The position numbers and the translations under genes are program-made. The notes beneath the pieces were generated by a model. That model was not told where the DNA came from and ran no database searches. It saw only the letters and a program-made list of their open reading frames with translations. Shown one piece after another: positions 37,380-46,220 of a stretch of 64,000 bases of DNA. Each line of letters begins with the position of its first letter. The first letter of the stretch is position 1. The DNA is taken from positions 30,219 through 94,218 of the forward strand of contig CAZCUX010000027.1 of assembly GCA_964502005.1 (NCBI GenBank), given 5' to 3'. Origin of the DNA: an uncultured Enterobacterales bacterium (lineage in GTDB: Bacteria > Myxococcota_A > UBA796 > UBA2385).

Positions 37380-39157
37380 TGAAGCGCACTCCATTTGCTG
37401 TCCTCGCTGGGCTGGCCTTGGCCTGCAATCCCCCCCCCGAAGCCGTCGACCTCGCAGGCACCCGCGGCGGGCGCGTGGACGTGTTCTTCAATGACCCCGG
37501 CACCAACAACCAAAACGTCTGGGACCCTGACGCCATCGACGTAATGGTTGAGCTTATCGACGGCGCCGAGGCTACGGTCCACTTCGCCGTCATGGGCTTT
37601 ACGGAGTCGCGCGTCATCGCCGCGATGGAGCGCGCCTGGGACCGCGGCATCGACGTGCGCATGGTCGGCGATGCCGGGCACCTCAACAACTCCGGCTATA
37701 TGCTGTTCCGCGACCGCCATATTCCGATGCAAGTCGGCAATATGAACCACATCATGCACGACAAGTTCATGGTGGTGGACGGCCACTTCGTCTTTTGTGG
37801 TACCGCGAACTGGAGCGACACCGACCTCATTCGGAACTCCAACAACTTCGTGGTGATGGACTCTCCCGAAGTCGCTGCCGACTTCACGGAAGAGTTTACC
37901 CAGATGTTCAACGGCGTGTTCGGCCACAACAAAGTGGAGCTGGACAACGGCCGCAGCTACCAGCTCGGCGACACCGAGGTCGAGGTCTGGTTTTCGCCGA
38001 ACGAAGACGCGATGGGCCGCATTCGCGAAGTGCTCGCGGAAGCACAAGACAGCGTCCGGTTCACGATTTTCGCCTTCACGAAGAACGAAGTCGGCTCCGA
38101 CTTTATCCGTTTGCAAGAAGGGTTTCTCGAAAAAGACCTCGCAGACGGTGTCGCAGCCGACATCGAAGAGTGGTCGGCGCTGGCTCCGAGCGAGCGGCGC
38201 ACGGTGGCGGGTGTCATCGACCAGTCCCAGCTCCATTCGAACGGGCAGTACCACGAGGTGTACCGCCTCTTGGCCGCTGGCGTGCCCATGCAGCTCGACG
38301 GCAACGACAACAGCCGACAGCCCGGCGACTACCAAGCAGGCGGCGGGCGCTTGCACTCGAAGACAATGCTCATCGACGCATTCGGCGACAACCCGACCAT
38401 CATCACCGGTTCATTCAACTGGTCTGCGTCGGCCACCACCTCCAACGACGAGTTCTTGCTCGTCATGCGGGGACAGCGCGTCGCCGAGCTGTACGACCAA
38501 TACTTCGAGCGCCTCTACTTTAGCGGTCGCTCGATGGGCAACGACACCGTCGCCAACGGGGATGTGGCCCCCGGCGACATCGTTATCAATGAAGTGATGT
38601 GGTACGGCGTCAATTCGGGCGATGAAGACGGCTTCGACGAGTTCATCGAGCTGCGCAACATGACCGACCGCGACATCGACCTGTCCATGTGGCAGATTTC
38701 CAACGAAACCGACGTAGTGGTCGGCCTTCCGCCAGGCTCGGTCATCCCCGCCAACGGCACCTTCCTCATCCTCGACCACGTCAACGAGCCGTATGTCGAT
38801 GGGCGTCCCCAAGATGAGTGGTCGGCGTATTTGGCCGGAAACCTCGTGGTCAACTCGTTCAATGACAATCGCCAGCACCGGCTGTACCTGAAGGACGGCT
38901 CCTTGGAGCTGATTCTCCGCGACCCCGGCGGCGTCGTCATCGACCACGCCGGTGACGGCGGCGCGGCGTTTGTCGGCGGTCCCGACTTGTCCACGGGCGT
39001 TGTGCGCAGCATGGAACGGCGCGCGGTCCCGGGTGACGGCACCCTGCGAAGCTCCTGGTATGCCTGCACCAACGACCAAGGAACAGGCGTCACCAACCCC
39101 GACTTCGCCAACGAAGTCATCGGAACCCCCGGCGCCGCCAACTCCGCGGAGCCGTGA
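37379..39157 (+). CDS. secreted PLD/Nuc-family phosphodiesterase fused to a lamin-tail domain
   Basis: TGATG overlap with the upstream gene. LAGLALAC lipobox. Two intact HKD motifs: HDKFMVVD...GTANWS and HSKTMLID...GSFNWS. The C-terminal LTD reads IVINEVMWYG...FIELRNMTDRDIDLSMWQI. Confidence 0.8.
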   Translation: MKRTPFAVLAGLALACNPPPEAVDLAGTRGGRVDVFFNDPGTNNQNVWDPDAIDVMVELIDGAEATVHFAVMGFTESRVIAAMERAWDRGIDVRMVGDAGHLNNSGYMLFRDRHIPMQVGNMNHIMHDKFMVVDGHFVFCGTANWSDTDLIRNSNNFVVMDSPEVAADFTEEFTQMFNGVFGHNKVELDNGRSYQLGDTEVEVWFSPNEDAMGRIREVLAEAQDSVRFTIFAFTKNEVGSDFIRLQEGFLEKDLADGVAADIEEWSALAPSERRTVAGVIDQSQLHSNGQYHEVYRLLAAGVPMQLDGNDNSRQPGDYQAGGGRLHSKTMLIDAFGDNPTIITGSFNWSASATTSNDEFLLVMRGQRVAELYDQYFERLYFSGRSMGNDTVANGDVAPGDIVINEVMWYGVNSGDEDGFDEFIELRNMTDRDIDLSMWQISNETDVVVGLPPGSVIPANGTFLILDHVNEPYVDGRPQDEWSAYLAGNLVVNSFNDNRQHRLYLKDGSLELILRDPGGVVIDHAGDGGAAFVGGPDLSTGVVRSMERRAVPGDGTLRSSWYACTNDQGTGVTNPDFANEVIGTPGAANSAEP

Positions 39158-40264
39158 GTGGACTGCGGCTGCGACCTCCGCCGCGACCCTTGGCCGGGCC
39201 ATACCGTGCGCGGCTGGAGTCCGAAGGGCGGTCGCATCGTCCTGACATCCGATGGCATGCTCGCCGAGCCTCCTCCCGGCGGCACGCTCTCGGGCTACCT
39301 CGGCAATGATTCGAGCGATGGAGCGCTGACGCTCACCGTTCGCCCCTTGGGCGGCCGGGTTTCGGCGATGGTACGACACACACAGCCCATTGACAACACG
39401 AGCTTGTCGATTCTGGTGGAAGTGTGCTGTCAGCAACAAAAGTTGCGTATATTGGTCGTGGGTCGCGCCGGGGGAGCGCCAGTAGCCCAACCTCTCCTGC
39501 CATGGCAACACTGCGCGGCGTTGCCCCCCGATGGGCACTGGATGACCCTCCGCGTGACGGTCGCCGGCTTGGGTCTATCGGTAAACATTGAGGGCCAAGA
39601 AGTGGCGCAGGTCGCGCTTCCGGGTGCTTGGCCCGGCCAAGCCGGCATTCGCCTCAGCGGCCGCGAGACCGTCGCACCGGTAGAAGTGCAATCGCTGACA
39701 TGGGAAAACGCCGTCCGGCACGCGCAAGTGGAGCCAATCCCCGCGCGCCGTTGGAGCCTCGACATCGAAGCGCCACCGGGGCAGACCCAGCGCACGTTGT
39801 CGCCCCGCGCCGGGGGCATCGTCGTTTGTGATGGCCCCACAGAGCGCCAGAGCGGCCTCTATGCGCCCACGGGCTCCGTATCGTCCGCGTGGGCCAGCGC
39901 ATCGGGTGACGGCGTATGGGGCATCTTGCACCACGCTATCGTCGCCGGTCCCTTTCGTTATGCGACGGTCGTCGAAGTTCATCCGACACGCCTTTGTTTG
40001 CGGGAGCGCGCCTGGTTGCGCGGCACGCTGGGCGTTTCTCGCAACGTGGGCGACCTGCCGCTGCCCCATCCCGACGGGCCGCGCTGGGTGCGCGTCGAGG
40101 CCGAAGCCACGGCTATACGGGCAAGCCTCGGCGACGTCGTAGTCGAGGCACCATTTCGCGCGACCGCGGGCCGCTTCGGATGGTGGGCGGCGAACGGGAG
40201 GGTCACCCTGCATTCGCTCGGAATCGGCGTGCCGCCAACAACTACAACAGGGCGTACATCGTGA
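39158..40264 (+). CDS. hypothetical protein; two ConA/LamG-like (DUF1080-like) halves
   Basis: GTG sits directly after the upstream stop, with GGAG 7 nt upstream. W.PKGGRIVLTSDGML and GRFGWWAANGRVTLHSL resemble DUF1080 edges. No signal peptide. Confidence 0.45.
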   Translation: MDCGCDLRRDPWPGHTVRGWSPKGGRIVLTSDGMLAEPPPGGTLSGYLGNDSSDGALTLTVRPLGGRVSAMVRHTQPIDNTSLSILVEVCCQQQKLRILVVGRAGGAPVAQPLLPWQHCAALPPDGHWMTLRVTVAGLGLSVNIEGQEVAQVALPGAWPGQAGIRLSGRETVAPVEVQSLTWENAVRHAQVEPIPARRWSLDIEAPPGQTQRTLSPRAGGIVVCDGPTERQSGLYAPTGSVSSAWASASGDGVWGILHHAIVAGPFRYATVVEVHPTRLCLRERAWLRGTLGVSRNVGDLPLPHPDGPRWVRVEAEATAIRASLGDVVVEAPFRATAGRFGWWAANGRVTLHSLGIGVPPTTTTGRTS

Positions 40265-40634
40265 GGGCAACCGAAGTGGTGCCGCATCCGGGAACATCGA
40301 GCGACTCCGGCGGCGCTTCGAGGCCTGCGCCCGCGTTGTCTGCCCACACGGAGTAGACGTCCGCCGGAATATTCATGCGGGCATCGCCGAACTCGTCAAT
40401 CGACGCTTCCGTGACCGTGCCTGCGCTGTCCTCCGCATAAAACTTGGAACCGGCTGGTGGCGCTCCGCCTCCGTCTACCTGAACGCTTGCCCGCAGCACA
40501 GCTTGCCCGCTTTCGCAATCGCTTTCGGTAGTACCTGCAGTTGTGGTACCTGACTCGACGCCGCCGGATTCACCTTTGCCCGAGCAAGCAGCCAAACCGC
40601 CAGCGAAAACCACAGCCCATACAAACGCGCGCAT
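40242..40634 (-). CDS. small lipoprotein
   Basis: MRAFVWAVVFAGGLAAC lipobox. GGAGG lies 4 nt before the ATG. Confidence 0.6.
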   Translation of the reverse strand: MRAFVWAVVFAGGLAACSGKGESGGVESGTTTAGTTESDCESGQAVLRASVQVDGGGAPPAGSKFYAEDSAGTVTEASIDEFGDARMNIPADVYSVWADNAGAGLEAPPESLDVPGCGTTSVALTMYALL

Positions 40635-40654
40635 ACAACCTCCAGGCGGCCAGC

Positions 40655-41311
40655 CTATACCGATTCCGGTTCCGGCTCACCCGTCAATAGCACCTGTTGT
40701 AGTTCTTCGACGGTGGAAACACGGGCTGCACACGGAAGGCGCGCGCGCGGCACCCGGCAATATCCCCAGTCCACCAGCACAAACGGTAGACCCGCGCGGG
40801 CAGCGGCTTCTGCATCAACGGGCGAGTCGCCCACAAACCAAGCGGTCTCAACCCCCATCGCCTCGCGCACGGCATGGACGTGCAAAGGGTCGGGTTTGCG
40901 CATGGGGAGCGCATCTCCACCCACAACGGACACAAATGAATGGAGATTCAGTGCCGCCAACAATGCCTCGGTTTCAGCCTGGGGTTTGTTGGTACACAGC
41001 CCGAGCACAAAGCCCTGCGCGTGCAGATGGTCGAGCATCTCGACGATTCCCGGAAATGGAAACGTCTCGGGAATCGCCCGTTCGGCATAGGCCGCGCACC
41101 ACGCATCCACCGGCAACGGCGACACGTCACCGCCCGTTGCCGAAAAGGACCGTCGCAACAACGCTTCGACACCGTCGCCCACAAACGCTTCGACTTCGCC
41201 ATCTCGCAGCGGACGTCGGCCATAGCGCGCGAGCACGTCGTCGGTGGCTCGACGAATCCCCGGCGCAGACGCGACCAGAGTTCCGTCGAGGTCGAAAATC
41301 ACGGCTTTCAC
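40655..41311 (-). CDS. HAD-superfamily hydrolase, phosphoglycolate phosphatase-like
   Basis: MKAVIFDLDGTLV, LGLCTNKP and VGDSPVDAEAA. Confidence 0.8.
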   Translation of the reverse strand: MKAVIFDLDGTLVASAPGIRRATDDVLARYGRRPLRDGEVEAFVGDGVEALLRRSFSATGGDVSPLPVDAWCAAYAERAIPETFPFPGIVEMLDHLHAQGFVLGLCTNKPQAETEALLAALNLHSFVSVVGGDALPMRKPDPLHVHAVREAMGVETAWFVGDSPVDAEAAARAGLPFVLVDWGYCRVPRARLPCAARVSTVEELQQVLLTGEPEPESV

Positions 41312-41330
41312 GCGGCTGTCCTCGTGCGAC

Positions 41331-42386
41331 TCACCGGAACGTATTCATGAGCTTGTCGAGAGCCGCGCTCCCGGGGCACAAGTCGGAGTACGGAATCTGC
41401 ACCATTGGCGTGTCGACGCTGCCATTTTGGCTGTGCATATCGGAGTCGCTCGGCTCGATATACAGAATGCCGGTTGCGACTTCACCTTTGGCCTGAAGGC
41501 GGGTGAGGTGCGCGAATGCTGCCGCTTTGTCCGTGGGGTCGTAGTCGGTGTCGACGCTGCGCAGCCGCACCGTCGAGCCATCCTGCAACTGCACTTCGGT
41601 CAGCTCCCCCGCGCGCTGGCAGGCTTCGACCTCGCCGCAGCCCGGCACAAGGTTCGCTTCGGTGACCTCGTGGTAGTGCTCGCGGGTGTACATATAGCTC
41701 TTGGTCGAGCCTGCATGGTCATTGAAGGTGACGCACGGGGAGATGACGTCGATGAGCGCGAAGCCTTTGTGCCGCAACGCAGCTTCGAGAATGGGGATAA
41801 GCTGGCCTTTGTCGCCAGAGAACGAGCGCGCGATGAAGGTAGCGCCGAGGGTCAGCCCCAACAGCACAGGGTCGATGGGCGACTGCTGGTTGACGTTGCC
41901 TTTTTTGGCCTTGGACCCGACATCCGCGCTGGCCGAGAACTGGCCCTTGGTGAGACCGTAAACGCCGTTGTTTTCGAGAATGTAGGTGAGGTTGAGGGCG
42001 CGCCGCGCGGCGTGGCACAACTGACCGAGACCGATAGACAAGCTGTCGCCGTCGCCGCTGATGCCGACGTACAAAAGCTCGCCATTGGCGGCATTGGCGC
42101 CGGTTGCGACGGCGGGCATGCGGCCGTGAACGCTGTTGAAGCCGTGGGCATCGCGCAAGAAGTAGGTGGGTGTCTTGCTCGAACAGCCAATGCCGGACAG
42201 CTTGACGACCCGATGCGGCTCGACGGCCAAGCGCCAAAAAGCCTGCACAATCGACGCAGTGGTCGAGTCGTGGCCACAGCCCGCGCAGAGGGTGGACACC
42301 GCGCCTTCGTAGTCGCGAAATGTCAGGCCCAGCGCGTTTTTCGGCAGGTTGGGGTGGCGGGCAATCGGTTTTGGAATGTGGGTCAT
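41331..42386 (-). CDS. korB: 2-oxoacid:ferredoxin oxidoreductase, beta (TPP-binding) subunit
   Basis: ATGA overlap with korA. CAGCGHDS, GDGDSLSIG and ILENNGVYGLTKGQ. Confidence 0.85.
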   Translation of the reverse strand: MTHIPKPIARHPNLPKNALGLTFRDYEGAVSTLCAGCGHDSTTASIVQAFWRLAVEPHRVVKLSGIGCSSKTPTYFLRDAHGFNSVHGRMPAVATGANAANGELLYVGISGDGDSLSIGLGQLCHAARRALNLTYILENNGVYGLTKGQFSASADVGSKAKKGNVNQQSPIDPVLLGLTLGATFIARSFSGDKGQLIPILEAALRHKGFALIDVISPCVTFNDHAGSTKSYMYTREHYHEVTEANLVPGCGEVEACQRAGELTEVQLQDGSTVRLRSVDTDYDPTDKAAAFAHLTRLQAKGEVATGILYIEPSDSDMHSQNGSVDTPMVQIPYSDLCPGSAALDKLMNTFR

Positions 42387-44167
42387 GCCTGCGCTCCCTG
42401 CACGCCCGAGATTACGGCGTCTGCGCTCAAAGGAATGCCGCCATAATCGAGCACGCTGCGGAGGCGGTTCCGGTCGACGGTGGTCTCGGCCAACAGCAGC
42501 TTGTGAAGCTGCCCGTCGCGGTTTTGCTCGATAATAAAGTTTTGGTCGTGTTCTTGGAGGAACTGCTCGACGGAGGCGGGGAAGGGAAATGCCCGAATCC
42601 GCATATAATCGACCGCCACACCTTCGGCGGCCCACCGGTCGATGGCTTCGCGCACAGCAGCGTCACAGCCGCCAATCGTGACCACCGAGAACCGCGCGCC
42701 CTCTTGGCGGGTGATAATCGGCTGGGGGACATGGTCGGCCGCAGACAGCACCTTTTGCTTCAAGCGGTCGACCACTTCCTGATACGCCGCGGAGTTTTCG
42801 GTATACCGCCCATACTTGTCGTGGCCGGAGCCGCGCGTGAAGTAGGCGCCCTTGGGGTGGGTGCCGGGAAGCGTGCGGTAGGGGATGTGGTCTCCGTCTA
42901 CGTCGAGGTAGCGGTAGAAGGCGTCCATCTTCTCCAACTGCGCGGCGGACAGCACCTTGCCGCGGTCGGGCGTATAAGAGTCATCCCAGGTAAAGCGCTC
43001 GACCATCCAGTCGTTCATGCCGATGTCGAGGTCGGACACGAGGAAGGTGGGCGTTTGAAAGCGCTCGGCGAGGTCGAAAGAGTCCCGCGCCATCGTAAAA
43101 CACTCGCCCGGATTGGCGGGAAATAGCACAACATGTGCCGTATCGCCATGGGACGCATACACGGTCGCGAGGATGTCGCATTGTTGTGTGCGCGTCGGCA
43201 TTCCCGTAGATGGGCCAGTCCGCTGCACGTCAACAAAAACTGCAGGAATCTCCGCATAATATGCGAGTCCGATAAACTCCCCCATCAACGAAATACCAGG
43301 GCCGCTGGTACTCGTAAAGGAGCGGGCGCCTGCCCATGCCGCACCAATCACCATGCCTGCGGCGGCAAGCTCGTCTTCGGCTTGAATGATGATGTGCTTT
43401 CGCTTCCCATCGGGCGTGCGCCGGTATTTGTCGGCGAACTTCGCGAAGCCGTCCATCACCGAGGTAGACGGCGTAATCGGATACCACGCCGCCACGGTGA
43501 CGCCGGCGAACACACAACCGAGGGCGGTCGCGGTGTTGCCGTCAATCAAGATTTGGTCGTCGGTCTTGCCGAGCGGCCGGAGGTGAATGGGCAAGGGGCA
43601 CGAGAAGTGGGACTGCGCGTACTCGTAGCCGAGGTTGATGGCGAGATGGTTGGCGTCGGCCAAGTGTTTCTTGGCGGCGAACTTGTCGTCCAACATCTTG
43701 CGCAAGACCACCATGTCGAACTGCAACAGAGCGGCCAAAACACCGACATACGCGATGTTTTTCATCAAAATGCGGGTGCGCGACCCTTCAAAGTGCGCGT
43801 TGCACATATTCGCCAGAGGAACACCCAAGAAGTGGATGTCTTCGCGGGACAAGCGCGGGTCGAGGGGCCACGAGCTGTCGTAGACCAGCCAGCCGCCGCT
43901 GCGCACGGTTTGTACGTCTTCGGCGTAGGTCTGGGGGTTCATCGCGACGACGAGGTCGAAGGCGGGCGTGCGCGCGGTGTAGCCCGCGCCATTGACCCGG
44001 ATTTCGTACCACGTTGGCAGACCTTGAATGTTCGACGGGAAGACGTTTTTGCCGGAAATGGGCACGCCCATGCGGAAGATGGCCTGCATGAGCATGCCAT
44101 TGGCGCTGGCCGAGCCCGTTCCGTTGACGGTCCCGATTCGGAGGGCAAAATCGTTCTCACCGCTCAT
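42383..44167 (-). CDS. korA: 2-oxoacid:ferredoxin oxidoreductase, alpha subunit
   Basis: GTVNGTGSASAN and YPITPST. Typical ~595-aa fused alpha/gamma architecture. ATG 44167 was chosen; GTG 44188 is also possible. Confidence 0.85.
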   Translation of the reverse strand: MSGENDFALRIGTVNGTGSASANGMLMQAIFRMGVPISGKNVFPSNIQGLPTWYEIRVNGAGYTARTPAFDLVVAMNPQTYAEDVQTVRSGGWLVYDSSWPLDPRLSREDIHFLGVPLANMCNAHFEGSRTRILMKNIAYVGVLAALLQFDMVVLRKMLDDKFAAKKHLADANHLAINLGYEYAQSHFSCPLPIHLRPLGKTDDQILIDGNTATALGCVFAGVTVAAWYPITPSTSVMDGFAKFADKYRRTPDGKRKHIIIQAEDELAAAGMVIGAAWAGARSFTSTSGPGISLMGEFIGLAYYAEIPAVFVDVQRTGPSTGMPTRTQQCDILATVYASHGDTAHVVLFPANPGECFTMARDSFDLAERFQTPTFLVSDLDIGMNDWMVERFTWDDSYTPDRGKVLSAAQLEKMDAFYRYLDVDGDHIPYRTLPGTHPKGAYFTRGSGHDKYGRYTENSAAYQEVVDRLKQKVLSAADHVPQPIITRQEGARFSVVTIGGCDAAVREAIDRWAAEGVAVDYMRIRAFPFPASVEQFLQEHDQNFIIEQNRDGQLHKLLLAETTVDRNRLRSVLDYGGIPLSADAVISGVQGAQA

Positions 44168-45956
44168 GGTGCACGCCACAACCCGCACCCGCGTGCGGAA
44201 TAAAGAGGTCCATTTTGGCCATGTCCCAGGCTGCCGTGGGGCAGCGTTCCGCGCACAGACCGCAGTGCACGCACAAGTCTTCGTCCTTGGCCATCACACG
44301 GCCCGTTTGGGGAAGACCATCCGACACAAACACCGCTTGGTGGGAATTTACGGCGGGCACGGTCAACGCCAGACGAAGCGCGGGCTCGTCTTGGTTGTCA
44401 GTCATTGTAAGGCAGCTGGTGGGGCAGATGTCGACGCAGGCGTCACATTCGATACAGCGCTTGGCGGCGAACGAAGTCTGCACGTCACAATTGAGGCAGC
44501 GCTGCACTTCCCTTGCTGCTTGTTCGGCGGAAAAGCCCAGCTCGACTTCGACGGACAATGCCGCGAACCGTTCTTCCAGCTCGCGATGGGGAACGGGGGT
44601 GCGCAGCTTGGGGTTGTAGTCGTTGTGGTACGACCACTCGTGGAGCCCCATCTTGGCGCTGTGCAGCGCAACCGTGCGCGCAGGGCGGTCTTCGGTGAGC
44701 GATAGCCCGCGGCAATAGAGGTCAATCGAAATGGCCGCTTGGTGACCATGTTCGACGGCCCAGATGATGTTTTCCGGGCCCCAGGCGGCGTCGCCACCGG
44801 AGAATACGCCCGGACGGGTGGTCATGAAGGTGGTGCGGTCAACTTCGGGCATGTCCCATTTGTTGAAGTCGATGCCGATGTCGCGCTCAATCCACGGGAA
44901 TGCGTTGTCTTGTCCGATGGCCAAGATGACATCGTCGCAAGGAATCGTGACCTCTTCGAGCGTGCGGCTGCGGAGGCGACCGCGCTCGTCTTCAAACCAC
45001 TCGACCACCTCAAACACCATGCCCACCAGGCGGCCATTTTCAATCACAAATGACTTTGGTGCGTGGTTTTCGATGATTTCGACGCGCTCGTCCTCGGCGT
45101 CGAGCAGCTCCCACGGCGAGGCCTTGAAGTAGGGGCGGCTCTTGCGCGCCATGACCTTGACGCTCTTGCCGCCCAATCGCCGTGCGGTGCGGCAGCAGTC
45201 CATCGCGGTGTTGCCAACACCGATAACGAGGACTTTCTCGCCGATTTCTTTGATGTGCTCGAAGTGAACGTTGGCCAACCACTCGATGCCCAAGTGTACG
45301 TTGGCCGAGGCTTCCTCGCGGCCGGGAGCGGCGAGCTCTTTGCCTTTGGGCGCGCCGGTGCCGATGAACACAGCGTCAAAGCCGCCTTCGTCCAACAGCG
45401 CCTTCAAGCTCTCGACGCGCGTATTGGTGCGAACTTCACACAAGCCCATACTGGCAATCGCACCGCACTCTTCATCCAACACACGCGCGGGAAGCCGGAA
45501 GCTCGGAATGTTGATGCGCATGAGGCCGCCCAGTTGGGGCAGCGCTTCGATGATGGTGCAGTGGTAGCCAAGTGGCTGAAGGTCGTTGGCGACCGTCAGA
45601 GAGGCAGGGCCGCCCCCAATCAACGCAATTCGCTTTCCATTGGGCGCACCGGCGACGGGCAGTTGGTCGGATACATCATCGCGAAGGTCGGCGGCCACGC
45701 GCTTCAAGCGACAGATGGCCACCGGCTCTTCTTCGACGCGCCCACGACGGCATGCCGGCTCGCAAGGGCGGTCGCAAACGCGCCCGAGAATTCCCGGGAA
45801 TACGTTGGAGCGGCGGTTGAGAAGGTACGAGTCCGTGTACCGCCCCTGTGCAATCAACCGAATGTATTCGGGCACGGGGGTATGAGCGGGGCAAGCCCAC
45901 TGGCAGTCCACGACCTTGTGGTAATAATCGGGGTGAAGGGTATCGGTTGGCTTCAT
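44157..45956 (-). CDS. GltD-like NAD(P)H oxidoreductase fused to a 2x[4Fe-4S] ferredoxin domain
   Basis: CQWACPAHTPVPEYI...RVCDRPCEPAC, ALIGGGPASL and VIGVGNTAMDC. The C-terminus reads CLNCD...CIECDACVDICP...CVHCGLCAERCP. Confidence 0.85.
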   Translation of the reverse strand: MKPTDTLHPDYYHKVVDCQWACPAHTPVPEYIRLIAQGRYTDSYLLNRRSNVFPGILGRVCDRPCEPACRRGRVEEEPVAICRLKRVAADLRDDVSDQLPVAGAPNGKRIALIGGGPASLTVANDLQPLGYHCTIIEALPQLGGLMRINIPSFRLPARVLDEECGAIASMGLCEVRTNTRVESLKALLDEGGFDAVFIGTGAPKGKELAAPGREEASANVHLGIEWLANVHFEHIKEIGEKVLVIGVGNTAMDCCRTARRLGGKSVKVMARKSRPYFKASPWELLDAEDERVEIIENHAPKSFVIENGRLVGMVFEVVEWFEDERGRLRSRTLEEVTIPCDDVILAIGQDNAFPWIERDIGIDFNKWDMPEVDRTTFMTTRPGVFSGGDAAWGPENIIWAVEHGHQAAISIDLYCRGLSLTEDRPARTVALHSAKMGLHEWSYHNDYNPKLRTPVPHRELEERFAALSVEVELGFSAEQAAREVQRCLNCDVQTSFAAKRCIECDACVDICPTSCLTMTDNQDEPALRLALTVPAVNSHQAVFVSDGLPQTGRVMAKDEDLCVHCGLCAERCPTAAWDMAKMDLFIPHAGAGCGVHHER

Positions 45957-46220
45957 CCTGTCCTCTGAGTGTAGTCACCATACTGGACGGAACACCGCGA
46001 AGGAAGGGCAGCGGAATGACCCGATGCAGTTCCACGGTCATTGGCTGCAATGCACGCGCAAACACCGCATTGTTCGCATATCCAGGCGCGGCAAATTCGA
46101 CCGCCGGAACACAAGCAGAGGCGTCGCAAATTGCATGCAATGTGCGCCCCCGCATACCCAGCTGAGATCTGCGCGGTCGATCGAGCGTTGCCCAATCGAC
46201 CTCACCCCATCGAAGGAAGT

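Noticed and set aside
34070-39538. Series of long minus-strand ORFs (34070-35539, 36111-37394, 37352-38356, 38411-39538)
   Set aside because: All are antisense to the coupled + strand operon, whose products have signal peptides and HKD/LTD motifs. Their compositions are G/A/V/R-rich with no motifs.
41244-45968. Long + strand ORFs (41244-42446, 43133-44203, 45063-45968)
   Set aside because: They are antisense to korB, korA and the GltD-like gene.
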